DNA from: an uncultured virus (IMG/VR IMGVR_UViG_3300025821_000011)
Taxonomy: Duplodnaviria > Heunggongvirae > Uroviricota > Caudoviricetes > Crassvirales
Direction: 5' to 3' (one strand)
IMG/VR virus record: IMGVR_UViG_3300025821_000011
DNA: 20,000 nucleotides
Shown here: positions 8,141 through 17,179 of the stretch, piece after piece
Layout of the letters: each line of letters opens with the position of its first letter
Numbering within the stretch: position 1 is the first letter of the stretch
Notes under the pieces: generated by a model
Database searches by the model: none
What the model saw: only the letters and a program-made list of their open reading frames with translations
Told to the model about the DNA's origin: nothing
Program-made: the position numbers and the translations under genes

Positions 8141-8222
8141 ATTTAATTAAATTTAATTTGATTTGATTATACCTTTTCAGGTATACGAGTATTATTACCC
8201 GTTTTAGGTTTTTTTTACCTAT
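8141..8222 (-). promoter_or_regulatory. groEL leader: GTAATAATA motif, 7-bp hairpin with GAAA loop, A-rich translation enhancer
   Basis: Minus strand: GTAATAATAC (8189-8198), TATACCT-GAAA-AGGTATA (8168-8185), then AATCAAATCAAATTAAATTTAATTAAATATG. Confidence 0.45.
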
Positions 8223-8588
8223 TTATTCTTCAACAGGAGGAACTGGAGGCGTTGGATTTTGCCACGTAAAATATAAATCTTCATTTACTGGTGTAATTTG
8301 AGATTGTATATTTGCAGCTATGCTAGCTTGCATTGATGTTACGTCTAAAGATCCTTCAAGCCACCCAATAACTATAGCTTCAAAAGCTTCAGTGTTTTCA
8401 TAAGGTGTAAAAGGTTCACCTGCTACATATGTATAACCCTGTGTTCCAATGTTAGTTGATGAATAAGTAACTCCTCCAGATTCTTCAGAACCTGTGTATC
8501 TGTAGTGTACTGTGTAAATTACGTTGTCTTGTCCATCCGCTTGAATGTGAGCATTCATTGTTGGGATATCCCATTTGTAAGTAATCAT
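8223..8588 (-). CDS. Hypothetical tail-fibre-associated protein
   Basis: 121 aa; small acidic protein of the kind often found after tail fibre genes; function not assignable. Confidence 0.65.
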   Translation of the reverse strand: MITYKWDIPTMNAHIQADGQDNVIYTVHYRYTGSEESGGVTYSSTNIGTQGYTYVAGEPFTPYENTEAFEAIVIGWLEGSLDVTSMQASIAANIQSQITPVNEDLYFTWQNPTPPVPPVEE

Positions 8589-8615
8589 ATTTATTTATTT
8601 ATTTATTTATTTATA

Positions 8616-9356
8616 TTATGGGCTATCACAACCAATTTCTTTAATAACTCCTGACACTCCAGAAATTGACATAAAAGCAACAAAAGATGTAGTACAGTGA
8701 GTTGTTGTAGCTGAACTCCCGTTTTGAAGATAGTAAAGTGACGTATAATTTAGAGGAGTTGTTAATGCAGCATCTGTATAAATAATATCTCCAACCGATA
8801 AATTACTTGCATTTCCAATAGTACTACTATAATAATAATCAACAGGGGTAGACGTTCCGCCACTTACACTGTAATAAACATCAGATAATACTAATGAAGG
8901 TAAACTACAAAACGTTACGTTTGAAGCAATACCTAAACTAGATAATTTAAAACTTGCAGAGTTTAGCCCTGTAAAAGCACCAAAAAACTGAAATTCTCCA
9001 CCTCCTGGGTAGGGATCACCTGGTGACCCATTATCATCTTCCCAAAATTTATCTCCATTCTGAACTGAATTTGGATTATTGTTTTTCCAAGCAAGTACAG
9101 TTCTACTGGTCGAGCAGGCCCCTGTAGGATTAAATTCATCAGGTGTAATATACACTTGATTTTGAGCAGCTGTGTCATTACCGTAATCTCTAAAATTTAA
9201 AAGGTTGGTGTTTTGATTACCACCTGGATTGTAAGTATAATTAAAAGCTCCTTGAATCGCATCTGTAAAACATTCATCTAAATCATTAGATGAAGGTAGC
9301 ACCGCTGCTATAACATCTGCTAGCGTAAAATCTGTTGTATTTGGTACACCTGGCAT
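8616..9356 (-). CDS. Putative tail-associated / adhesin-like protein
   Basis: 246 aa, Ser/Thr/Gly/Asn-rich, with two related modules (VQNGDKFWED and LSVGDIIYTD); coupled to the tail fibre gene. Confidence 0.55.
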   Translation of the reverse strand: MPGVPNTTDFTLADVIAAVLPSSNDLDECFTDAIQGAFNYTYNPGGNQNTNLLNFRDYGNDTAAQNQVYITPDEFNPTGACSTSRTVLAWKNNNPNSVQNGDKFWEDDNGSPGDPYPGGGEFQFFGAFTGLNSASFKLSSLGIASNVTFCSLPSLVLSDVYYSVSGGTSTPVDYYYSSTIGNASNLSVGDIIYTDAALTTPLNYTSLYYLQNGSSATTTHCTTSFVAFMSISGVSGVIKEIGCDSP

Positions 9357-12262
9357 TATATTCCTGCTTTTTCTAATCTTGCTTCTAACTCAGCAATTTT
9401 AGCGATTAGTAAATCTATATAAGCAACTGACTTAAACCCTTGTGTGTCTTCTCTTACAAACTCTGGGTTAGTCTTTTCTAACTCTTGAGCTATAACTCCG
9501 TATCTCTTTTGTCCTTTTTCAGTTTTTAATTCAAAAGTTTTCCAATCTGCTTTAATTCTATTATCACAGGCTTTTTCAATATTTTCTTTTAGCTTTTCAT
9601 CAGAAGATAGTATAAAGTTGGTTCCTGTAACTGTTCCTGAAAACACTGTGTTGTTATTGGCTCTATTCATAACCATTACAGCAGCTCCAGCAGCACTGTT
9701 GTTATGTCTAAGTATTCCAAATTGGTTTGCAGATAAGCCCCCATATTGAGCACCTTGTCCATCATAAGCTACTGAAAATCCATAGTCTTTTGAATTGGTA
9801 ACCCCTCCCTCTCCTTCATTTAAAAACACTCTTGCTGATTTGTCATTACCAGTTCCTTCAGCGCCAACTATTAAAGTTGTTTCAATAGAAGAACCTCCTG
9901 ATACGTGAAGTTTAGCTTGAGGACTAGTCGTACCAATACCGACGTTGCCAGTGCCCTTAACAATCATTCTGGTATTCAATGAACTGTATGCAGAGCCTCC
10001 TGTTTTAAATTTTAAATCACCAAAATAAGGTGAATTTTCTGTAGTAGAAGAAATAGCTGCTCTTATACTTGTACTACCACCATCTCCAAACATTAATGCA
10101 GTCTCATTTCCTACTGTGGTTCCATCGTTATTAATAACAATGTATCCACCTAACCCACCACTATTTGATCTGTAAACTTCTAAAGGACCAAGTGGACTAG
10201 TCGTCCCGATCCCGACGTTGCCAGATCCAGATCCATAGTAAAGATCTTGACCGTTTCTAGCCCAATTGTTTACTTGACAATTAGAAATAGTACTTGCGAC
10301 AACCCCTGGATTTGTTACGCTTATATCCATACTCCAACCACTATCCCATTTGTAGGCCTGGTAGTTTGAATGTCCTGGTTCATAGTTAATTACACTAAAC
10401 TTACAGTAGGTCCACGTAGAACTTCCTTCTCCTATTGTAATATAGGGTCTAGTGCCGGCTCCAGCAGCCCCAGTCATTGCTCCAAAACGAACGGTAAAAT
10501 TTCTATCATCATAAGATGAACTGCCTATCCAAGCAGTACAATTAGTCCAATTGTAACCCGAGTACCAGTATCCTGCAAAATGTATATCAAATGATTCGTG
10601 AAATGTATAATCAAAAACTCGTATTACTCCAGTCATCATATTATTTACTCCACTTGCTCCATTATCTGGAAGTTTTGCTATTAAATAACCTGTTTGAGTT
10701 CCATTCCCGTTGTATGTTGCCCCTGCTGGTGCAAATATTCTTGATGATGCTCCATCTACAGAGAAAGCAGACCCTTCAACTGTACCATCAACTTCAAGTT
10801 TGTAGTTTGTTGGACTATCCGTTCCGATACCGACGTTGCCACTCGAGTCTATGCGCATTCGTTCGGATTCAGAACCTGCCGTACTAAATACTATCCCATC
10901 ATATCCGTGCAGTTTAGCGTTTCCATTAACACCTAAATCCTCATTTTTAGTTAAATAAACAATATTAGGAGAATTGTCACTTGCTCTCTCCCATCCAAGT
11001 TTTGTTCCTGTTCCTTTTATCCCGACGTTGCCGTTTCTATTAACAGTTACAGCAGTATTAAATACGTTAACATCATTTCTTGTTGATAATTTAAACCCAC
11101 CTCCATAAGTTCCTCCGTCAGCATAACCTTCAATAAAAAATCTTTCATTGTTTCCATTACCACCTGTAGAAACCATATAAAGTTTAGCATCTGTTGTACT
11201 ACCTATTTGTACATTTCCATCTACCTCTAATTTCTCACTAGGACCAGTAGTTCCAATACCTACGTTACCGTTTACAAATAAAGTATTAGCCCCTCCTCCT
11301 AGTAATGTTAATTGTTGAGTGGAATATGGTCTAACTATGTTAGTAAATGTTGTTTGTCTTAAATAAACATCCCCTACTACATCTAACTTAACACCAGGAC
11401 TATTAGTTCCTATACCTACGTTGCCTCCGTATAATTGAAGAGCTAAGTCTTCATTGTTACTTGTTCCACCAACGTTTTGAGCTTGAATATATGAGTGAGT
11501 ATTTCCTGAACCGGAAGTTTCAAGAAGTAGCCTAGAACCTGTTGATCCCTGTACATAATCAGATGTAGTTGTTGAAATAGTTCCGTCTACTTCTAAAGCT
11601 GTATTAGGACTAGTCGTTCCGATCCCGACTCTATTATTTGGCTCATCTACATAAACTGTATCAGACACTATAGTATTTCCATCACCTACCCATATTCTAC
11701 CCTCAGGCAGGTTGGGTACATCGTTTGTACGCATAATAGAGGATACTGTAATAGACCCAGCGTTTCCACCAGATACTTTACCAACTAAACCTACGTTTTG
11801 TATAAAATTAACACCAGTTGGTTTTGTAAGAGTTAAGCCTCCACCGGGTTTTACATATATTGTATCTCCAACAGTAGGAGTCGATCCGTCTATAGGTGAT
11901 GTGGTGATGTTTAAAAGCTCTCCTGTTACAACTACATATCCAAAAGCATTATTTACAAGGTCAGACTGTAAAAGTCCAATAGCAGCCATCTTATCTTCAT
12001 CAGAAGCATCAGCTACCGCTATCTCTATAACAGCCGTAGCACCAACATTACCTGTTTGGTAAACTGGTGTGCCTTTTGATATAGTAACGCCTGAAGTGTT
12101 TTTACACTCTATAACCACGTCTGTTGCCGACGTGACTATGCTAGCTGGATCTATCCAATCAACTTGACTACCAGTTGAAGCTAGTATTTGACCGCTGCTT
12201 CCTACCTGACCGTCTTTGTCTTCTAGGCCAGCTTGTATTTCTATATTACTTTTAAATTTCAT
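9356..12262 (-). CDS. Tail fibre protein with GNVGIGT repeats and C-terminal intramolecular chaperone (peptidase S74-like)
   Basis: 968 aa; seven (G/N)(N/R)VGI junction motifs; C-terminal SSDEKLKENI...GVIAQEL...VAYIDL...coiled coil typical of S74/ICA domains. Confidence 0.85.
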   Translation of the reverse strand: MKFKSNIEIQAGLEDKDGQVGSSGQILASTGSQVDWIDPASIVTSATDVVIECKNTSGVTISKGTPVYQTGNVGATAVIEIAVADASDEDKMAAIGLLQSDLVNNAFGYVVVTGELLNITTSPIDGSTPTVGDTIYVKPGGGLTLTKPTGVNFIQNVGLVGKVSGGNAGSITVSSIMRTNDVPNLPEGRIWVGDGNTIVSDTVYVDEPNNRVGIGTTSPNTALEVDGTISTTTSDYVQGSTGSRLLLETSGSGNTHSYIQAQNVGGTSNNEDLALQLYGGNVGIGTNSPGVKLDVVGDVYLRQTTFTNIVRPYSTQQLTLLGGGANTLFVNGNVGIGTTGPSEKLEVDGNVQIGSTTDAKLYMVSTGGNGNNERFFIEGYADGGTYGGGFKLSTRNDVNVFNTAVTVNRNGNVGIKGTGTKLGWERASDNSPNIVYLTKNEDLGVNGNAKLHGYDGIVFSTAGSESERMRIDSSGNVGIGTDSPTNYKLEVDGTVEGSAFSVDGASSRIFAPAGATYNGNGTQTGYLIAKLPDNGASGVNNMMTGVIRVFDYTFHESFDIHFAGYWYSGYNWTNCTAWIGSSSYDDRNFTVRFGAMTGAAGAGTRPYITIGEGSSTWTYCKFSVINYEPGHSNYQAYKWDSGWSMDISVTNPGVVASTISNCQVNNWARNGQDLYYGSGSGNVGIGTTSPLGPLEVYRSNSGGLGGYIVINNDGTTVGNETALMFGDGGSTSIRAAISSTTENSPYFGDLKFKTGGSAYSSLNTRMIVKGTGNVGIGTTSPQAKLHVSGGSSIETTLIVGAEGTGNDKSARVFLNEGEGGVTNSKDYGFSVAYDGQGAQYGGLSANQFGILRHNNSAAGAAVMVMNRANNNTVFSGTVTGTNFILSSDEKLKENIEKACDNRIKADWKTFELKTEKGQKRYGVIAQELEKTNPEFVREDTQGFKSVAYIDLLIAKIAELEARLEKAGI

Positions 12263-12278
12263 GTGTTAATTTTTATTA

Positions 12279-13526
12279 TTAACCTATCTTTTGTACCAAA
12301 ACTCTAACACTATTAGTTGGTGTTGCAGCAAATGTAATCGTTGCTTCAGAGGTAGAACCTCTTTCAACATCTGCATAAACAGTTTCATTAGTTGTTACAT
12401 CGTAAAGCTGTATAATAACATCTTTACTCCCTAAACTATGTGTTATAGTCGCCGTGTCCGTTATTGTTACAGCATATGTGTTTGAAGAATTTGTATCTGT
12501 ATTTGTTACAGTTGCTGTACCTGATACATAGGCAACGCTTATGCCAGTACCGGCGTTTACATTACCAATACCTACTGTTGTCAACGTAGCAAGATCCGTG
12601 TCTGATTGCACTACTATAAAATCTGCTTCCGTAGAAGCGCCGGCTACTGCGGCTGTTTGAACTATAACTGAATCACCTGGAGTTAATGGTGTTGCTGCGT
12701 TTCCAAAGAAATCACCTGCAACGGTCACAACATAGTAATCACCAACTTCAACTGCAACCCTAGCTGCACCACTTGTTAGATTACCACCACCAACAATTGC
12801 GCCGGTGCTAGCATTGAAACCACCTTTGAATTCTAATAAACCTGTTACAGCTTCTTGCACGTAAGCGGTTGTTGCTATTTTAGTTGAACTATCACCGGAT
12901 GCCGGTGTTACCACATAACCATAACCGCTAGAGTCTCTAGCTACTAACTTACTTACAGTAGCAGCTTCAGTTCCTTCGACGTTTACTATTGGAACAGCAG
13001 GAGTTGTATTGTCTATAGTTATATAAGTACCCGCTCCAATACCTGTTAATGTACCTACAAATTGATCTGCTGAAGATATTGTTATATCCTTACCTGATCT
13101 AGTTATTGTTGTAGTACCTCCTTGTATGAAATCAACCGTTTCGTTATCTTCTACTGATTCAGCTGTTCCACCGTTAGCAGATAGATTCCAGCTATATATA
13201 TCAGCTAAAGCAGCCCATGTGTTGTCTCCTCTTAAATATGTTGTTGCATCTTTAGTCCCAGTGGCAGATAAATCTACAGTGTAAACTCTTTTTATCGATG
13301 TTCCACTATTTGTTAGACTTACATAAGTACCATTTGCAAAATCAGTTTGAACTAAGCTAACCCAAGTATCTGTTGCATTTGAATAATACTTAGCTATCGT
13401 ATCTCCGGTGTTAAAATATATTTGACCCGAACCGGAATTTAGCGGCGGGTTGCTTCCATTTTGAAGTCTTACGTTTTGTATCTCATTGTTATTGAGATCA
13501 ATGTTATTTAAAAAAGGTATCGCCAT
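12279..13526 (-). CDS. Putative tail fibre/structural protein
   Basis: 415 aa, Thr/Gly/Ala-rich; fibre motifs YLRGDNTW and STKIATTAYV; C-terminal ITHSLG domain. Confidence 0.7.
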   Translation of the reverse strand: MAIPFLNNIDLNNNEIQNVRLQNGSNPPLNSGSGQIYFNTGDTIAKYYSNATDTWVSLVQTDFANGTYVSLTNSGTSIKRVYTVDLSATGTKDATTYLRGDNTWAALADIYSWNLSANGGTAESVEDNETVDFIQGGTTTITRSGKDITISSADQFVGTLTGIGAGTYITIDNTTPAVPIVNVEGTEAATVSKLVARDSSGYGYVVTPASGDSSTKIATTAYVQEAVTGLLEFKGGFNASTGAIVGGGNLTSGAARVAVEVGDYYVVTVAGDFFGNAATPLTPGDSVIVQTAAVAGASTEADFIVVQSDTDLATLTTVGIGNVNAGTGISVAYVSGTATVTNTDTNSSNTYAVTITDTATITHSLGSKDVIIQLYDVTTNETVYADVERGSTSEATITFAATPTNSVRVLVQKIG

Positions 13527-13528
13527 AA

Positions 13529-14386
13529 TTAATTCATATAAGCCTTACCAGATTCGGCAGAGGCAAAAGTTATTGTTAAGTTGTTTTCATCTATATATAC
13601 TACATCCCCATAACCTTTTTGCCCGGTGGACAAAGCCATAGTTACAGAAGGAAACTTATCTAGGTTGTGCTGAACTGTCCACGTTGCACTAGCTCCTGCT
13701 TGTACAAATGTGTATGTTTCGTTTGCTCTAGCCCAAACATTATCTCCTCTTAGGAATTTAGTATTATCAGGCGTACCAGTAGCTGACAATGATGCTGTAA
13801 TTTCTACGTTACCCGTTTGAGGTGTTGTAGGTGTCATATCTATAAACGTAGTATCAAGACTTCTAACGCTGTCAACACCTGTTGCACCGAGTTCTAGATA
13901 GAAGTTTACAAGAGTGTAATAGTTGTCCATTGCTATGGAACCATTTCCACCTAAGTATTCTAATGTTAATGTGTAAAAGTTAGTTGTACCTATCTGCGTG
14001 TACCCTCTCATTATATAATGCCCAAATGAACCTTTACCGGCTACATCTTGAAACATTACTTGTTCATCTACAAGATATTCTAAGAAAGGTGAAACAATCT
14101 GACCTGATAGATCCATGTTCGATATTACTATAGAAGTAATACTAGACCAAGGAGTGCCACCACCGCTTCCGGCTGCAAAAGCAAAAGTACCTCCTTTAAA
14201 AGAAGGGTCTTGAACAAACTGATAATTCATTTGTCCTGCAATTGCTACCTTACCGTTTATATTCAAGTAATCCGCTACCGCCTTTGCTGTATATTGCTTT
14301 GTCTGTCTATTGACGGAATCAGTACCTACCCATGCGTCTGTATCAGTTATAATCTGATCATATGGGTATGAATATATTATTGCCAT
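13529..14386 (-). CDS. Putative tail/structural protein
   Basis: 285 aa; FLRGDNVW motif and C-terminal WTVQHNL domain. Confidence 0.65.
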   Translation of the reverse strand: MAIIYSYPYDQIITDTDAWVGTDSVNRQTKQYTAKAVADYLNINGKVAIAGQMNYQFVQDPSFKGGTFAFAAGSGGGTPWSSITSIVISNMDLSGQIVSPFLEYLVDEQVMFQDVAGKGSFGHYIMRGYTQIGTTNFYTLTLEYLGGNGSIAMDNYYTLVNFYLELGATGVDSVRSLDTTFIDMTPTTPQTGNVEITASLSATGTPDNTKFLRGDNVWARANETYTFVQAGASATWTVQHNLDKFPSVTMALSTGQKGYGDVVYIDENNLTITFASAESGKAYMN

Positions 14387-14389
14387 GTT

Positions 14390-15925
14390 TTAGTTGTATA
14401 TTTTTATTTCAAAAGAAGCGTTTTCTAATTCATTATCATAAGTTAATAAATCAATAGTATTTGTATTGACATATTCCCAGTAAATAGGTAAAAAAGTGTT
14501 TTCGCTTTTCCCTGCATTAACAAACACAACAGTTTTATCAAAAGTAAATGGAGTATTAGTTGCTGTTATTCTAAAGGTTCCAGCGCCTGTTCTTGTCCAT
14601 GTGTAAGTTTGTCCTGTGTTGTTGTAAACTTCTGTGGCTACAGGAGCATTAGTACTTGTTTGAGTTAATAGTTGAACCAAAGAAGTGTAAGGTAGACCTC
14701 CTATTAGATTTCCTGCAACCGTTACATCACCTTTTAAGTAGGTGTTTGTAATATTATCATTACCTAGTGTAACCGTATTACTCCCTGCTCCGATAGCATC
14801 AGTCCCTATTACGATTTGATTTGTTTGTCCGTCTGCGTTTGCTCTTGTGCTTTTTCCTATGAAAATAGAGTTCCCACCTGTTTCATTTTCAGTTGCTCCG
14901 TCTGCAATAAATCTACCTGAAGAATTTCCTATTGCTATATTACTAGCTCCTGTTGTATTTCCAAACAGTGAAAAATAACCTAAACCTACATTTAATCCTC
15001 CTGTTGTATTTGAAAAACCTGAACTTAATCCAATAAAACTATTATTTAAAGTATCACCTAAAACTAGTTTTCCAGTTAATGTTAAAGTTCCTGTAAAAGT
15101 ATCTGTCGTGTTTAGTAAATAACTTGTAAGATCAACTCCAGATACTGCGTTATCTACATAGTTTTTAGTAGCTGCGTCTTGAGCCGCACTTGGATCTGTT
15201 AACTGTTGAATAGTTCCAGTTACAGCTATTCCGTTTGTTTTTGTGTATAATTTTTGCCCTCCAACGTGATAAAGTGACACACCTCCTGCTGAATTAGCAG
15301 CAATCATATTTGTTAATCCGTCAGTCCCTTTAATTTTAAAGGAGTCAACACCTATCTGCAAAGGATTGTTAGGAGAGTCAATATAACTTGTAACTCCATC
15401 GTTATAAATTCGGACTCTGTCTGTTAATGATACAGGATCATAAATATTAAGAGTTCCGTACGCATCAACTCCTGAGGTTGTTGTTTCTAATTTGAGATTA
15501 CCGTAGTGATTTAATGACACAGATCCATTAGAACCATCACAAACAATATAGTTAGTAATAGATCCAGCTCCATTGTCAGATCTAAGTATTATATCTTTAT
15601 CATCAACAAGATTATCTATGAATAAATCTCCAACTGCTCCGCTTATGTTTTGTATATAGCTATTATTTCCGCTGTTATATATTTGTAAATCATTTCCTGT
15701 ACCATAAACAGACTTTACATTATCATTGTGGATAGTATTGCCAGTCATCGTACCGCCTGCAAGTGGTAAATATGAACCACCTCCTCCGCCTCCTGGAACT
15801 AAATCTACAATACTCTGTACTGTGAAGTTTTTTGTGCTTGGTATACCTGCCACATCTATCTGTGAGCCCAGTATTAGATCATCGCCATCTGGAATAGCCG
15901 TAGGGAAACTTGATATATTTGACAT
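14390..15925 (-). CDS. Putative tail fibre protein
   Basis: 511 aa; YLPLAGGTMTG, QDAATKNYVD, repeated VSLxHxGxxKLxT, and adhesin-head-like NTTGxxNxxxG repeats. Confidence 0.75.
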   Translation of the reverse strand: MSNISSFPTAIPDGDDLILGSQIDVAGIPSTKNFTVQSIVDLVPGGGGGGSYLPLAGGTMTGNTIHNDNVKSVYGTGNDLQIYNSGNNSYIQNISGAVGDLFIDNLVDDKDIILRSDNGAGSITNYIVCDGSNGSVSLNHYGNLKLETTTSGVDAYGTLNIYDPVSLTDRVRIYNDGVTSYIDSPNNPLQIGVDSFKIKGTDGLTNMIAANSAGGVSLYHVGGQKLYTKTNGIAVTGTIQQLTDPSAAQDAATKNYVDNAVSGVDLTSYLLNTTDTFTGTLTLTGKLVLGDTLNNSFIGLSSGFSNTTGGLNVGLGYFSLFGNTTGASNIAIGNSSGRFIADGATENETGGNSIFIGKSTRANADGQTNQIVIGTDAIGAGSNTVTLGNDNITNTYLKGDVTVAGNLIGGLPYTSLVQLLTQTSTNAPVATEVYNNTGQTYTWTRTGAGTFRITATNTPFTFDKTVVFVNAGKSENTFLPIYWEYVNTNTIDLLTYDNELENASFEIKIYN

Positions 15926-15928
15926 GTT

Positions 15929-16192
15929 CTATCTATTTTGTTTACGTTCGGCTTTAGTACCGTCTTTTTTACTTCTACTCTGCGTTCCACCCCTGTTATG
16001 AGACGATGTAACACATCTTTTGGTATTATGGTCATAATCATGGCCTTTAGAACAATTTTTCCTTTGACTCTCTGCCTTCATCTTCCTTCTTCTGTCCGTC
16101 ATGGCATACTTCTTGTCTCTAATTGCCTTTGCTGCCGCTGCTACTGGACTTAATTTTTGTTTCGGTCCGCCTTTCCTTTTTGGTTTTGCCAT
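15929..16192 (-). CDS. Small highly basic protein, possibly degenerate HNH-like
   Basis: 87 aa, Lys/Arg-rich; GHDYDH...SSHNRG loosely resembles minimal HNH motifs. First gene of the late block. Confidence 0.55.
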   Translation of the reverse strand: MAKPKRKGGPKQKLSPVAAAAKAIRDKKYAMTDRRRKMKAESQRKNCSKGHDYDHNTKRCVTSSHNRGGTQSRSKKDGTKAERKQNR

Positions 16193-16256
16193 AATGTGGT
16201 TTCTATATACCTTATATACTTACACAAAAGCCTCAATACTTACAATACTCAATAAT

Positions 16257-16310
16257 GCGACGATAGCCTACTACTATTATATATAACTACCTATTGTCAC
16301 ACTATTTTTT
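16257..16310. repeat. Imperfect palindromic element, copy A
   Basis: GCGACGATAGCCTACTACTATTATATATAACTACCTATTGTCACACTATTTTTT; homologous to 17619-17670. Confidence 0.7.
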
Positions 16311-16390
16311 AAAAAAAAATATTATATATAGAGAGCATGGGGGTTACACCTTACCTTAATGCCCTTAATCCTGTGGGAAAACGCGTTTCA

Positions 16391-16570
16391 TTTTACCGGG
16401 CCCCCTGCCTTTTTTTGGGTTTTGCCGTACGGTTTCGGCTTTTGCGTGTGATTTCGTGCCTGGTTCTGGCTTTTTCTGTCCGGGCCCGAGCTATTGCGCT
16501 GGTGCTGGTTGTTTCGTTGCCGTGCGTTTTTGTTCCCGTGCCTGGTCCTGGCCTTGGCCTGTGGTCTGGT
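16391..16570. other. A-depleted, GC/T-rich non-coding tract at the late/early junction
   Basis: Only 5 A in 180 nt on the + strand by manual count; T-tracts roughly every 10 bp; CCGGGCCC and CGTGCCTGGT each occur twice. Confidence 0.7.
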
Positions 16571-16584
16571 TCGCGAAGCATACG

Positions 16585-16634
16585 TTTACAGAGAGAATAC
16601 GATACGATACCGATAATATATATGAATCTAAAAT
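16585..16634 (+). promoter_or_regulatory. Early-region repeat element, copy 1 (putative promoter)
   Basis: TTTACAGAGAGAATACG-ATACGATAC-CGATAATATATATGAATCTAAAAT. Confidence 0.7.
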
Positions 16635-16644
16635 GATATACAAT

Positions 16645-16776
16645 ATGACTACCGAAGACAATTACAACGCCCCAAACAGAACAATCGCGGACTGGATCGC
16701 AGAAGGATATACAAAACCGTACGCAACCGCATTGTACAATCTTAACAACAGAACACAATGTACAGATCAGAAATAG
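16645..16776 (+). CDS. Hypothetical early protein (43 aa; alternative ATG 16633)
   Basis: 3' part of track ORF 16456..16776, starting just after repeat copy 1: MTTEDNYNAPNRTIADWIAEGY... Confidence 0.55.
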   Translation: MTTEDNYNAPNRTIADWIAEGYTKPYATALYNLNNRTQCTDQK

Positions 16777-16898
16777 TAACCAGACCAGATGGAACCAGCT
16801 ACGTGCAATGTATCAGGATCAATGGCCTGAGCCAGGATCTTACGCCTGAGCAGCAACAGATAGCAGACCAGCTCAAAGCATGGGACACTACGGAGTAG
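16758..16898 (+). CDS. Hypothetical early protein (46 aa)
   Basis: Manual translation MYRSEIVTRPDGTSYVQCIRINGLSQDLTPEQQQIADQLKAWDTTE. Confidence 0.55.
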   Translation: MYRSEIVTRPDGTSYVQCIRINGLSQDLTPEQQQIADQLKAWDTTE

Positions 16899-16945
16899 CC
16901 CTATCGGGAGACCTCATCATGGACGGCTGTTAGCCATCTTAAAAA

Positions 16946-16995
16946 TTTACAGTCTAAATACGGTCTTATACCGATAATATAACTGAATCTAAAAT
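16946..16995 (+). promoter_or_regulatory. Early-region repeat element, copy 2
   Basis: TTTACAGTCTAAATACG-GTCTTATAC-CGATAATATAACTGAATCTAAAAT. Confidence 0.7.
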
Positions 16996-17005
16996 AAATA
17001 TACAA

Positions 17006-17179
17006 ATGACAATCTCAAATTCAATTTTTCAAAACAAAACTTACTTTCAAATTTACTATTGCTCAAAAAATAAAATGTATGATTTTACAATCTTCAACTC
17101 TAATACAAAAGAAGTTGTTTATCATTACCACTTTTCAAATCTAAATGAAATTAACAAATTGATCCAAATATATAAATAA
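17006..17179 (+). CDS. Hypothetical early protein (57 aa)
   Basis: Manual translation MTISNSIFQNKTYFQIYYCSKNKMYDFTIF...KLIQIYK; fills the space between repeat copies 2 and 3. Confidence 0.6.
   Translation: MTISNSIFQNKTYFQIYYCSKNKMYDFTIFNSNTKEVVYHYHFSNLNEINKLIQIYK

Noticed and set aside
8589..8615. (TTTA)n microsatellite-like run
   Set aside because: It reads as the A-rich (AAAT)n leader of the downstream minus-strand gene, typical of Bacteroidetes-type initiation.
9356..12262. Diversity-generating retroelement or invertible shufflon acting on the tail fibre
   Set aside because: No reverse transcriptase, template/variable repeat pair, invertase or inverted cassette is visible in this window.
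6936..16286. Plus-strand ORFs at 6936, 10591, 11712, 15726, 15938, 16101 and minus alt-frame ORF 8963..9178
   Set aside because: Short shadow or alternative-frame ORFs within well-supported genes; no signal peptide or codon distortion noticed, unlike 1884..2486.
16337..16758. Track ORFs 16337..16636 (+), 16393..16758 (-) and the 5' extension of 16456..16776
   Set aside because: They cross the compositionally skewed tract, where stop codons are scarce for compositional reasons; the products are low-complexity and overlap the promoter-like repeat.
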